A DNA stretch of 20,000 bases, from the IMG/VR virus record IMGVR_UViG_3300009152_000029; one strand, given 5' to 3'. Position 1 is the first letter of the stretch. Every line of letters begins with the position of its first letter. Under the pieces are notes generated by a model. It saw only the letters and a program-made list of their open reading frames with translations. It was not told where the DNA came from and searched no databases. The DNA comes from an uncultured virus (IMG/VR IMGVR_UViG_3300009152_000029). Taxonomy: Duplodnaviria; Heunggongvirae; Uroviricota; Caudoviricetes. The position numbers were made by a program, and so were the translations under genes. Shown here piece by piece: positions 7,781-16,000 of this stretch.

Positions 7781-7892
7781 GTGCATCTGCGTTGAATATT
7801 ATGTATAATATTATCAGACCTTAGTCAAATAAGGCAATAAAAAACAGGCAAGACCCCTCCACTTGCCTGTTTTTTATTTAACAATTATCTTA

Positions 7893-7914
7893 AGGTGTGG
7901 TAAAGACCACACCT
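7893..7914. repeat. dispersed palindrome copy 7
   Basis: AGGTGTGGT-AAAG-ACCACACCT, after terminator hairpin near 7836-7878. Confidence 0.9.
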
Positions 7915-8064
7915 TTATAAATTTGTCAAAATATTTTTTTCAGCTCTAAAATAGGTAACTTTTTTTGTTACATATCTCCCGATTTCTATTGCACACTTTT
8001 AAAGTATGCCTTATACTATCTTTGTCAGTAAGGAAAAGCCCTTAACTGTTGTTTGGAGAAGACA

Positions 8065-9477
8065 ATGTTTGAAGACCTTACACCCTTGAACGAGATTCGT
8101 TCAGTGGAACCAACCGTTTCATTCACCCGTAACCAGAACTCTGGTCACACACTTAATTCCGCTCTTCTAGAGCCTATCGACAACTCATTCGATAGCGGTG
8201 CTACACAAATCAGTGTATATCTTTCAACCTATAATGGCAAGAAGGTTCTCGTTGTTGCAGACAATGGCAAGAAGGCTTTGACACCATCCATTATGCATAT
8301 GATGGCAAGCGAAGGCTGGACTACCAAAAAGGTAAGCACCATTGTATCACCTAACCTTGGCAAGAATGGTTCGGGATGGAAGAACTTTGTATCCAAGTTC
8401 TCAACCACTGGTCATTCTACCGTCATCATGAAATGCGAAGATGAGTGCATTCACGCAATGGAATACAACCAGAGCAATATGAAAGCAATGGACGATTGGA
8501 ACGTGTCCGTACGCAAGTGCCACTCTCGCATCAATCCTGATGACCCAGCCCTTTCAATTTGGAAAGAGGTCACAGATGAGAATGGCAACTTTATGAACCA
8601 CGGTACTATCGTTGTGGTTCATAACCTGAAAGACGAAGCCTCCTCATTCCTTAAGAATGGACTGAACTTTAACCCGAATGGTTTAAAGAACCTTACTAGC
8701 ATCGGGGCGCAACTTGGTGAGGTATACCAAAAGCGTATCGAAAAGGGTGCATCTCTTAAGGTCGGTCTGACTTATGCAACTCTTCAGGTAGTCAAGCCTT
8801 TAGACCCAATGCTACGACAAACTCCTGTTCAATCCAAGGTGTTCCACGTTGGCAATGAGGATGTGAAGGTGTCTGTGTTCCTTTTGCCAGAGCGTTCCGA
8901 GTGCAAACTATTGCCCAAGGATGTGTACAATCGCCCTGTGAATAACCAAAACTCTGGTGTGTATTTCTACCGTGATGGTCGATTGCACCTAGACAGCAAG
9001 TGCCGTCCTATGCACCCTGCAATTGGTAACAAGGCAATCGAAGCGTACATTGATGGTTATGCCAACGGTACAATTGGCAAGCGAAAGACCACTATTTCGA
9101 GAGAGAGCCGTTCTTGGGTAGTGTTTGCCGACAGCCATGGTCGTGCTTCAAGAGTGCGAATCACCATTGAGGTTTCCTCTAACCTTGACAAGGATTTCAA
9201 TGTAAACCAAATCAAGACAGAGATAGACTTGACCAATGATTCAGTTGCCGACATCGCACTATGGTGTTACCAGATGCCCAAGGAATACGACCAGTATCGC
9301 AATAAGAATGCATCGTACACCTATGTGGACAAATGGCGTAGCCTTACAAAGGGATACCGCAGTGATGTCCTCAAGGCAAGGAAGCACGTTCTTGCAACCT
9401 TTCGACCTGAAGAGTTGAAAATTGCCAAACTGGTACTGAGCAAGTTCACTGAGAGCCTCGGCGAGGTGGTCGAATAG
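8065..9477 (+). CDS. GHKL (MORC-like/HATPase_c_3) ATPase domain protein
   Basis: ALLEPIDNSFDSGA (N box), VVADNG (G1), LGKNGSGWK (G2), HGTIVVV; S5-like GVYFYRDGRL; SD GGAG; promoter TTGCAC(7989)-N17-TATACT. Confidence 0.85.
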   Translation: MFEDLTPLNEIRSVEPTVSFTRNQNSGHTLNSALLEPIDNSFDSGATQISVYLSTYNGKKVLVVADNGKKALTPSIMHMMASEGWTTKKVSTIVSPNLGKNGSGWKNFVSKFSTTGHSTVIMKCEDECIHAMEYNQSNMKAMDDWNVSVRKCHSRINPDDPALSIWKEVTDENGNFMNHGTIVVVHNLKDEASSFLKNGLNFNPNGLKNLTSIGAQLGEVYQKRIEKGASLKVGLTYATLQVVKPLDPMLRQTPVQSKVFHVGNEDVKVSVFLLPERSECKLLPKDVYNRPVNNQNSGVYFYRDGRLHLDSKCRPMHPAIGNKAIEAYIDGYANGTIGKRKTTISRESRSWVVFADSHGRASRVRITIEVSSNLDKDFNVNQIKTEIDLTNDSVADIALWCYQMPKEYDQYRNKNASYTYVDKWRSLTKGYRSDVLKARKHVLATFRPEELKIAKLVLSKFTESLGEVVE

Positions 9478-9483
9478 ACCACC

Positions 9484-9516
9484 AAGCCCCCTCCTTCGGG
9501 AGGGGGCTTTTTTTTT
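9484..9516 (+). terminator. intrinsic terminator
   Basis: AAGCCCCCTCC-TTCG-GGAGGGGGCTT plus T-tract. Confidence 0.9.
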
Positions 9517-9556
9517 GTCAAGTCAAGCTGTCAAATTATTTTTGCAACTTTATCGA

Positions 9557-9578
9557 AGGTATGGTGACCACCATACCT
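9557..9578. repeat. dispersed palindrome copy 8
   Basis: AGGTATGGT-GACC-ACCATACCT. Confidence 0.9.
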
Positions 9579-9643
9579 GTAAAATCTTTGCAATATTTTT
9601 TTCTCTTGAAATTTCATCATATAACAGATATAATATGTCTGTT

Positions 9644-10090
9644 ATGATTATTTCCTTCGAAGCGTCAGCAAGTGAAGACACAACTTTATTTGGCTATTTC
9701 TCTATGGAGTATGACCCAGAATTCTTCTCTGATATTAAAGAGAACCTCACAGATATACCCAAAAACAAACCACTTGCCTTTAAACTTGATACTGATAATG
9801 TGAAATTACTACAAGGCGCATTTCACACTATCCGTAGAATCATCTGCGTCCCAGATATTGAACAGCAAAAATTCACTTATGTATTTAAGCACAATTTTAA
9901 ATCAGGAACAGCAAAGAAATTTAAGTATGCTAAATTACACATAGACAAAGATTACTTTTACTTTACTGGGCATCACGAAAATTTAGATGGAACAAAGCCA
10001 GTAGAATTTCAATCATTAAATTTTGATGTACGTTTTATCGACACTATTCAAAATCAATTTATCAAGCACCAAGAAAACATGGTAAACTAA
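9644..10090 (+). CDS. hypothetical protein
   Basis: ORF 9515..10090 trimmed to start downstream of promoter TTGAAA(9606)-N17-TATAAT. Confidence 0.7.
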   Translation: MIISFEASASEDTTLFGYFSMEYDPEFFSDIKENLTDIPKNKPLAFKLDTDNVKLLQGAFHTIRRIICVPDIEQQKFTYVFKHNFKSGTAKKFKYAKLHIDKDYFYFTGHHENLDGTKPVEFQSLNFDVRFIDTIQNQFIKHQENMVN

Positions 10091-10093
10091 ACT

Positions 10094-10435
10094 ATGGAAC
10101 CTACAGTGTGGATTTACTTTTCAAAAACAGGTACAGGATACGAACTTAAAGGTTCTGATGTAATTTCAGGCTTTGATGCATTTATTAATGTTGATGGCAC
10201 TTATATGGTAGAGTATGCCTTCTCTGATATGAAGAATTCGATGCACTTCTTTATATATGAGTGGGACAATTCACAGAAGAAGCGCAGAACAATTTTTGAA
10301 GGATACCAGAGAGAAAATATTTTGGTGAACTTTGCAAAGAATGTTGATATATGTCATTTAGTTAGACAAGCAATTTACAAAGAATACCTGATGGATAATG
10401 AAGAATTGGAGTTAGAGAAAAATGCAAACTCTTGA
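10094..10435 (+). CDS. hypothetical protein
   Basis: 113 aa ORF, operonic spacing. Confidence 0.75.
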   Translation: MEPTVWIYFSKTGTGYELKGSDVISGFDAFINVDGTYMVEYAFSDMKNSMHFFIYEWDNSQKKRRTIFEGYQRENILVNFAKNVDICHLVRQAIYKEYLMDNEELELEKNANS

Positions 10436-10934
10436 ACAGAAAATAAAGTATCTGAAAAAGACAATTGAAACATTATGGCATGGTGTTTCTGAAACTAAGG
10501 AAGGCGATTACCCACGTATAATTTCACTTTATAAAGAAGTGTTGATGCATGATTACCACGATGCTGATTCTTGGGAAAATATGATTTGGCTTATGTGGAG
10601 TATGGCAATCAACAAGCAAGATACAGTGTGGCTATTCCAAGCAGAAAAGTTCGCAAAACGCTATCTTTCTCTTAATCCAAATGGTTATCGTGCTTATGAA
10701 TACCTTGGTCAGTTCTATCGTATTATGTATGTAGATTTGAAGTTGGCAATTAGATATTATGAATCTGCAATTAGATGGAAAGATGCTCCGAAAAGCACTC
10801 ATCATTCTCTTATTAGTGTGTGTGAAAAATCTGGTGATAAAATAAGAGCCATTGGATATTGCAAAATGACTCTTGCACGTTTCCCCAATGACCCTTACAC
10901 TAAAAGTAAATTGGAAGTATTGACCAAGCTTTAG
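10422..10934 (+). CDS. TPR-like helical repeat protein
   Basis: LNPNGYRAYEYLGQFY...AIRYYESAI and AIGYCKMTLARFPND resemble TPR units. Confidence 0.7.
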   Translation: MQTLEQKIKYLKKTIETLWHGVSETKEGDYPRIISLYKEVLMHDYHDADSWENMIWLMWSMAINKQDTVWLFQAEKFAKRYLSLNPNGYRAYEYLGQFYRIMYVDLKLAIRYYESAIRWKDAPKSTHHSLISVCEKSGDKIRAIGYCKMTLARFPNDPYTKSKLEVLTKL

Positions 10935-10997
10935 GCTTGGTCATCTTCTTTTTTGAGTATAAATAGAATTGATAGGCCAAAACAAACTAGAGTACCT

Positions 10998-11306
10998 ATG
11001 ATACTGAAAAATGCCATTTTTGAGCCCTCCCATACAATGAAAGAAATAGTAACAGCAATTTATCAAAATGGAGAGTTTACAGATAATAATATCTTAAAAC
11101 CTCATTTGACAGATAGAATTGGAATTAGAATGAAGTTTCCCGAAGGCGCTGGATGTATCTTATGGACTAACGGGAAGAAATACTATGCAGTTTGCGAAGC
11201 GTTTGGAACAGTCTTCACTATTAATATTCCACGTAACATAGGTGATGACATTTGGGATAGATTTAAAACATACTATGAAGGAAATTATTCTTACAAACCA
11301 TTCTAG
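10998..11306 (+). CDS. hypothetical protein
   Basis: Part of ORF 10953..11306; TATAAATA at 10958 upstream of ATG 10998. Confidence 0.65.
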   Translation: MILKNAIFEPSHTMKEIVTAIYQNGEFTDNNILKPHLTDRIGIRMKFPEGAGCILWTNGKKYYAVCEAFGTVFTINIPRNIGDDIWDRFKTYYEGNYSYKPF

Positions 11307-11326
11307 GGATGATAAATATCATCCCT
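11305..11326. repeat. dispersed palindrome copy 9
   Basis: AGGGATGAT-AAAT-ATCATCCCT, overlapping the stop codon. Confidence 0.85.
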
Positions 11327-11409
11327 AATTTTTTTTGTCAAATATTTTTATTTTACTTGCACACCATATACATGATGATATAATAAGTCATCAAACCAAG
11401 GAGTCTGAA

Positions 11410-11751
11410 ATGACGAAAAAAGAAGTTATCAATCTATTCATGAGTGCTGTTGGTCAATACACCTCTGCAATCGACAAGACAGCAGAATCGAACATTCAGT
11501 TTAAGAAGAGCGTTTATGCTCTTGAAGATGCAGTAAATCTCATCTATCGTAATGTTGATGCAAAAGAACTTGGAAGCAATGCAGAAGCACGAAATGCTAA
11601 GGTTTCTGAAAAGACCCAAGACCTGATTGTTGCAAAGCGTGAAGCAGAATATCTATTAGAGACAGCTCGTGCCAATGAATCTCGTATCAAAGCAGAAGTA
11701 GACCAGATGAAGTATATCATTCGTGCTTTGGAAGCGAAAGAAGAAGCATAA
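11410..11751 (+). CDS. coiled-coil hypothetical protein
   Basis: TTGCAC(11357)-N16-TATAAT, SD AAGGAG, ATG 11410; terminator 11758-11787. Confidence 0.85.
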   Translation: MTKKEVINLFMSAVGQYTSAIDKTAESNIQFKKSVYALEDAVNLIYRNVDAKELGSNAEARNAKVSEKTQDLIVAKREAEYLLETARANESRIKAEVDQMKYIIRALEAKEEA

Positions 11752-11803
11752 TTGTGCAAAAGAGGGCTAAAAAGCCCTCTTTTTTTTGTTGAAAATAAAC
11801 TTA

Positions 11804-11825
11804 AGGAATGGTAAATACCATTCCT
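11804..11825. repeat. dispersed palindrome copy 10
   Basis: AGGAATGGT-AAAT-ACCATTCCT. Confidence 0.9.
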
Positions 11826-11903
11826 TAAAAAACTTGTCAAATATATTTATTTTCTTGACATCTATACAATATGTGTTATACTATTCGTGTAAGGAGTTAG
11901 GAT

Positions 11904-12215
11904 ATGGAAATTTCAATCGAAGGTTCTTTCGAAGTTAATTATCATTTGGTGATTGACGAAGACGTGTTCAATGAGTGCTGTGAAGAGGCTGGTCTTGACC
12001 CAGCAAACTTTAAGAAGTTCACCAAAGCCCAGTGGGATGAACTCAATCCTCATTTTGTTCAGGCTGTGATTGACAACGAAGCAGATATTGACTACAATGA
12101 AATCCACGAAGAAAGTACAGTTTATGCTGATACTTTGACTATTGATGACAGTGACCAGATGACCACTGTTTACTATGAAGAAAACCGTAAGACAGGTTCT
12201 GTAGAAATTTTGTAG
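11904..12215 (+). CDS. acidic hypothetical protein
   Basis: TTGACA(11855)-N16-TATACT, SD AAGGAG. Confidence 0.85.
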   Translation: MEISIEGSFEVNYHLVIDEDVFNECCEEAGLDPANFKKFTKAQWDELNPHFVQAVIDNEADIDYNEIHEESTVYADTLTIDDSDQMTTVYYEENRKTGSVEIL

Positions 12216-12253
12216 GAAAGGAATGGAGGGACTATGTCCCTCCAAGCTTGATT

Positions 12254-12424
12254 ATGTTATTAGATGATTACCCTATTGTCATCTGGTTTGTACGCAAAAG
12301 TAGAAACAGTTACTTATTATTTGACTCTGCAAATCAGCTCGTAATGAGAAGAGATGAAAAAAGAAAGAAAGAAATATACCAATATTGTGATGATAATGGT
12401 ATAGAAGTTCAAGAAGAGTTTTAA
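12254..12424 (+). CDS. small hypothetical protein (56 aa, not in ORF track)
   Basis: MLLDDYPIVIWFVRK...NGIEVQEEF, ends directly at terminator. Confidence 0.55.
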   Translation: MLLDDYPIVIWFVRKSRNSYLLFDSANQLVMRRDEKRKKEIYQYCDDNGIEVQEEF

Positions 12425-12425
12425 A

Positions 12426-12455
12426 ATAAATCCCAAGAAAAATCTTGGGATTTAT
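12426..12455. terminator. TCCCAAGA-family bidirectional terminator
   Basis: ATAAATCCCAAGA-AAAA-TCTTGGGATTTAT. Confidence 0.75.
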
Positions 12456-12459
12456 CTTT

Positions 12460-12480
12460 AGGTGTGTAAATCACACACCT
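12460..12480. repeat. dispersed palindrome copy 11
   Basis: AGGTGTGT-AAATC-ACACACCT. Confidence 0.8.
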
Positions 12481-12539
12481 GTAAAAATTTGTCAAATAAA
12501 AATATATCCCTTGACTTTCGTCAAGGGATATGATATAGG

Positions 12540-12905
12540 CTACTTCATTTCAAAAATGAATGCTGGTGAATTATCCCAATTTGGATTTGGGCTAAAAGGC
12601 TTATACAAGCGGTCTAAACTTGGGCTGTAAATATAAGTGGTTCCAGCCATTTCACCATTGTCAGGATTTGCAGTCCAGATTTCTTTACCATAGGAGCCTT
12701 TGAAATCTCCAAAGTAATTATAAGGAATCTGGTCATTGTAAACAAAGAAATAATAGACTGATGGGTTTGCTTTGTATTGTGTTACGATAAAGTGCTTGCC
12801 ATCAAACCAAGTACCTTGACCTACATATGCAATACAGGATGACCTATCGCTAACATCCTCAAGTCGAACTCTCATTACCATTCGTTTTGCAGTAGTGTTT
12901 TCCAT
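12540..12905 (-). CDS. hypothetical protein (leaderless)
   Basis: Minus-strand TTGCAA(12940)-N17-TATATT-N6-ATG; terminator hairpin 12504-12531. Confidence 0.8.
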   Translation of the reverse strand: MENTTAKRMVMRVRLEDVSDRSSCIAYVGQGTWFDGKHFIVTQYKANPSVYYFFVYNDQIPYNYFGDFKGSYGKEIWTANPDNGEMAGTTYIYSPSLDRLYKPFSPNPNWDNSPAFIFEMK

Positions 12906-12974
12906 ACCTGTAATATATCATCTGTATTATATGATTGCAAGAAAATTCTCATCTAAAAATAGTTTAAATAGTTC

Positions 12975-13003
12975 TTGTGCTTTACCCATAGATAGTGTAT
13001 TAT
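12975..13003 (+). promoter_or_regulatory. sigma70-type promoter for ncRNA candidate
   Basis: TTGTGC-N17-TATTAT. Confidence 0.6.
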
Positions 13004-13009
13004 ATTGGT

Positions 13010-13278
13010 GTGGGTCAGTATCCGCATTACAGTAAAAGACCAGAACGGCTAGAATCTATTGCGAGATTCAAACAAGGGTAGCAACCTTGGAGTGGTTAAG
13101 TCCACAATCTTTTACTGAAACCTTGGAGATGGTTGACGCAAACAATCTATCCAAGTGTAATGATTTGTGGTTGGGTGCTATGCTCCTTTTAGGACACGGG
13201 CATCATCGTAGGCAGAGACCATCGAAAGAACTGCCCTTGTGTTACGTACTGGTTGAAATCCAGCTAGCCACAAATCCA
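13010..13278 (+). ncRNA. candidate ~270 nt structured ncRNA with tRNA-like 3' domain
   Basis: Own promoter and terminator, no credible ORF, GC-richer than flanks, many nested stems. Confidence 0.7.
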
Positions 13279-13315
13279 AATAAATCCTCTAAGAATTTTC
13301 TTGAGGGTTTATTCT

Positions 13316-13336
13316 AGTTATGGTAATACCATAACT
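13316..13336. repeat. dispersed palindrome copy 12
   Basis: AGTTATGGT-AAT-ACCATAACT. Confidence 0.85.
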
Positions 13337-13400
13337 AAAGTTATTTCGCAAATAAATTTATTTTCTTGCATTGTCTTTATAACTGAGGTAATATATTGCT

Positions 13401-13655
13401 ATGAACAAGCATATCGAAATCACCCGCCATCTTACAGTAGATGGCACAAGCACTTACTATGTTCTTGAGAAGAGCAAGAATTCTTCAAGCATCATTTGGA
13501 ATGGCACTTGCAAACAAGCCGCTTATCAAGTTGCGTATCGTAATGCTCGTAAGGAAAATACTCCTCTTTATGACACTCTATACAAGGCTGAATTAGACCG
13601 TAATGGTGTAAAGCATATCATTCCTGTTGGCAATGAACTGCTGGAAGTAAACTAA
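13401..13655 (+). CDS. hypothetical protein (leaderless)
   Basis: TTGCAT(13366)-N17-TAATAT-N6-ATG; terminator near 13659-13682. Confidence 0.8.
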   Translation: MNKHIEITRHLTVDGTSTYYVLEKSKNSSSIIWNGTCKQAAYQVAYRNARKENTPLYDTLYKAELDRNGVKHIIPVGNELLEVN

Positions 13656-13719
13656 AGCAAAGCCCCTGTAAAAAGGGGCTTGATTATTTATATTATAATG
13701 GTATAATTAGGTAACGACA

Positions 13720-13836
13720 ATGAAGTGGATATATCTAATGCTAACTCTATTTATTTTGCCTTTTGCTTTTATGGCTTGTGGCTTCTTTACAATCGCTTGT
13801 ACTATTGAAAAGTACGTAAGACAAAAACATTCTTAA
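13720..13836 (+). CDS. small membrane peptide (38 aa, not in ORF track)
   Basis: MKWIYLMLTLFILPFAFMACGFFTIACTIEKYVRQKHS, after TGG-TATAAT promoter and before terminator. Confidence 0.55.
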   Translation: MKWIYLMLTLFILPFAFMACGFFTIACTIEKYVRQKHS

Positions 13837-13838
13837 AT

Positions 13839-13872
13839 AAATAAATCCCAAGAATTTTCTTGGGATTTATTT
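13839..13872. terminator. TCCCAAGA-family bidirectional terminator
   Basis: AAATAAATCCCAAGAA/TTCTTGGGATTTATTT. Confidence 0.75.
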
Positions 13873-13874
13873 TC

Positions 13875-13896
13875 AGGGATGGTACTTACCATCCCT
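13875..13896. repeat. dispersed palindrome copy 13
   Basis: AGGGATGGT-ACTT-ACCATCCCT between convergent genes. Confidence 0.9.
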
Positions 13897-14139
13897 TTAT
13901 TTTTTCCTCAACTTTTTTTCTTTCACTGGCTTGACACAATTTACTGTTGCAGCTTCTCCACCTACTTTGATTTCGTTTGGTAGTGGATTTTCTTTAATCA
14001 TCACAGATTTCTTACAATCAGCACATTCCAAGGCATAACAATCATTTCCCAGAATAAGCCAATTTTTCACATTATGCCCACGAGAAAGGACTGTATTCTT
14101 TGTCTCTTCCATCAAACCGAGTATGCTAAATATTCCCAT
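13897..14139 (-). CDS. hypothetical zinc-ribbon-like protein (leaderless)
   Basis: RGH..W...CADC...C motif; minus-strand TG-A-TATAAT-N6-ATG. Confidence 0.7.
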   Translation of the reverse strand: MGIFSILGLMEETKNTVLSRGHNVKNWLILGNDCYALECADCKKSVMIKENPLPNEIKVGGEAATVNCVKPVKEKKLRKK

Positions 14140-14201
14140 GCCGTTATTATATCAGAAAAATAATACTTGCACACGTATATAATCTTTGGTATATTAGTGC
14201 T

Positions 14202-14462
14202 ATGAGAACAGTACTTTGGAACAATACAGAGCGATGGTTCAATCATCACCATTATGAACTATTGATAGAGGATGTCACTGGTTTTGACCTGAAGAAAAGC
14301 CTGTGTGAACAATCTGTCAAGTATATGGCAAAAAGATTATCAGAGACTAAATATCAAAGACGGTTTAAGACATTGTATACCATTTACGAAAATGAATACA
14401 ATGCACTTGTTGAAAAATTCAACAATCAAGCAGACAATAACGGAAAGATAGAGGTAGCATGA
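14202..14462 (+). CDS. hypothetical protein (leaderless)
   Basis: TTGCAC(14167)-N17-TATATT-N6-ATG. Confidence 0.8.
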   Translation: MRTVLWNNTERWFNHHHYELLIEDVTGFDLKKSLCEQSVKYMAKRLSETKYQRRFKTLYTIYENEYNALVEKFNNQADNNGKIEVA

Positions 14463-14611
14463 TGAAAAAATTCAAGAAGTTTATTGAAGAACTGGCTATC
14501 GCATCAGGCACAGAAATGATGCGAGCAAGTCAGATGCGTCCAAGTACTTTCAAGGACAAGTCAAAGTACTCCAGAAAGCAGAAGCACAAGAAAGGTTCCG
14601 AAAATGAGTAG
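14459..14611 (+). CDS. small basic protein with ArfA-like motif (50 aa, not in ORF track)
   Basis: MMKKFKKF...FKDKSKYSRKQKHKK; ATGA overlap, GAGGT SD. Confidence 0.65.
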   Translation: MMKKFKKFIEELAIASGTEMMRASQMRPSTFKDKSKYSRKQKHKKGSENE

Positions 14612-14912
14612 TATTGAAGTGCAAGTAAATGTAGAAGAACTTGATGTTGTAAGACGAAAGTTATCTTTTCAATTAAACAAAGATTTAACATCTGAGGAAA
14701 CAGTTAAATTCTTAATTGAAAGAGAATTTAACATCGCAAAAAAAATTCCCCTTGCAAAAAAATCACCTAATAGAGCTGAAAAATCTGATATCAAAGAATG
14801 CATCTATAATGGTTCTACCTCTGGTGAAGCAATGAAAAAATTAAATGTATCAAGGTCTACATTCTTCAGACACAAAGCAAAAGAGAGAAAGTTGCTAGAG
14901 GAATCTGAATAA
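14604..14912 (+). CDS. C-terminal helix-turn-helix protein
   Basis: GSTSGEAMKKLNVSRSTFFRHK resembles Hin/resolvase-type HTH. Confidence 0.7.
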   Translation: MSSIEVQVNVEELDVVRRKLSFQLNKDLTSEETVKFLIEREFNIAKKIPLAKKSPNRAEKSDIKECIYNGSTSGEAMKKLNVSRSTFFRHKAKERKLLEESE

Positions 14913-14917
14913 ATAAT

Positions 14918-14945
14918 AAATCCCAAGAGAATTCTTGGGATTTTT
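14918..14945. terminator. TCCCAAGA-family terminator
   Basis: AAATCCCAAGA-GAAT-TCTTGGGATTT. Confidence 0.75.
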
Positions 14946-14960
14946 CTTGCATAAAATTTA

Positions 14961-14982
14961 AGGTATGGTAAATGCCATACCT
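14961..14982. repeat. dispersed palindrome copy 14
   Basis: AGGTATGGT-AAAT-GCCATACCT (T-G at inner pair). Confidence 0.85.
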
Positions 14983-15014
14983 TAAAAAATTTGTCAAATA
15001 AAAAAACAGGGTTT

Positions 15015-15158
15015 TCACCCTGTTGCATATGTATATCCTTGCAATCCGTGTTTTTTGATTGCGTGTTTGATGCCTGCCATAGTAGTTGTTGAAACTACAC
15101 AAACATCTCTTATATAAAGATTGAACATACCAAACTCTAACTTAATTATACCTATCAT
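15015..15158 (-). CDS. small hypothetical protein
   Basis: ATGA overlap with upstream minus-strand gene. Confidence 0.6.
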   Translation of the reverse strand: MIGIIKLEFGMFNLYIRDVCVVSTTTMAGIKHAIKKHGLQGYTYATG

Positions 15159-15532
15159 ATTGTTCCTTCCAAGAAATTGAAATCGCTGATGACTGGCGGG
15201 CAATAATCATCAGGTTGCTTGAATGCACCAAGATATTGCTTATACTTATATTGAAACTTGTCAGCTTTGGTGATTAGCACAGGATACACAGTCATAACGT
15301 AACCTAACGAATTGATTGCAATTTCCATTCTTTTGTGATTCACTACAGTCTCAAATGTCATTGAATAGACATCCCTCTTAAGGGTGCGATACAGAAACTT
15401 TGATTCTAGTGGAAGAAAATCTACTAAAGGCAAATCTCTTTCAATCGTACGTAATTCAGCGTGTTCCGTGTAAGTTAGTAACTTGTCAAACCAATAAAGT
15501 GGGTTTTCCCATTCTGTGTTGTAGCAAACCAT
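15155..15532 (-). CDS. hypothetical protein
   Basis: Minus-strand TTGAAT(15588)-N17-TATAAT, SD AGGA. Confidence 0.8.
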   Translation of the reverse strand: MVCYNTEWENPLYWFDKLLTYTEHAELRTIERDLPLVDFLPLESKFLYRTLKRDVYSMTFETVVNHKRMEIAINSLGYVMTVYPVLITKADKFQYKYKQYLGAFKQPDDYCPPVISDFNFLEGTI

Positions 15533-15653
15533 CGTCCTATACCCTTCAATTGATAAGGTATTATATCGTGTGACACCTGAGTATTCAAATTAAATAATAC
15601 TTGACACGTCATATACTACTTGATATACTCTCTTTGTAAGTAAGGAGGTAGTT

Positions 15654-15926
15654 ATGAGAACTACAAGGAATTCGGATAGGCTTCGTGAGATTTTGTTTTG
15701 TACACGCAATCAGATTGTTTCTCTCAAGGACATTCAGATGGATATGATGCGTATCGACAGTAAAGTGGCAAATCAAATCGCAACACAAATATCTGCTCTT
15801 GAGGAAGTTTACAAGCACCAACTATCGCTTGTCACACAGGCAGAGAATGTAGAGCCAAAGCGTGAAGGTTGGCTTTCTGGTCACTTCAAAACCAAAGAAG
15901 ACCGATTAGCCAACATCATGGATTAA
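15654..15926 (+). CDS. hypothetical protein
   Basis: TTGACA(15601)-N17-TATACT, SD AAGGAGG. Confidence 0.85.
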   Translation: MRTTRNSDRLREILFCTRNQIVSLKDIQMDMMRIDSKVANQIATQISALEEVYKHQLSLVTQAENVEPKREGWLSGHFKTKEDRLANIMD

Positions 15927-16000
15927 ATAAATACCCCAGAGATGGGGTATTTTTCTTGACATTATATATACAATCTGGTATATTTACTGTGGAGGTTGTT

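Noticed and set aside
12445..12630. ORFs starting in intergenic repeats (also 5' extensions at 9515, 11335, 15869, 16249, and ORF 18629..18817)
   Set aside because: They cross terminators, palindromes or promoters; true starts are downstream or the ORF shadows an opposite-strand gene.
13087..13317. 76 aa ORF
   Set aside because: TTG start without a good SD, runs through the terminator, and the region is better explained by RNA structure.
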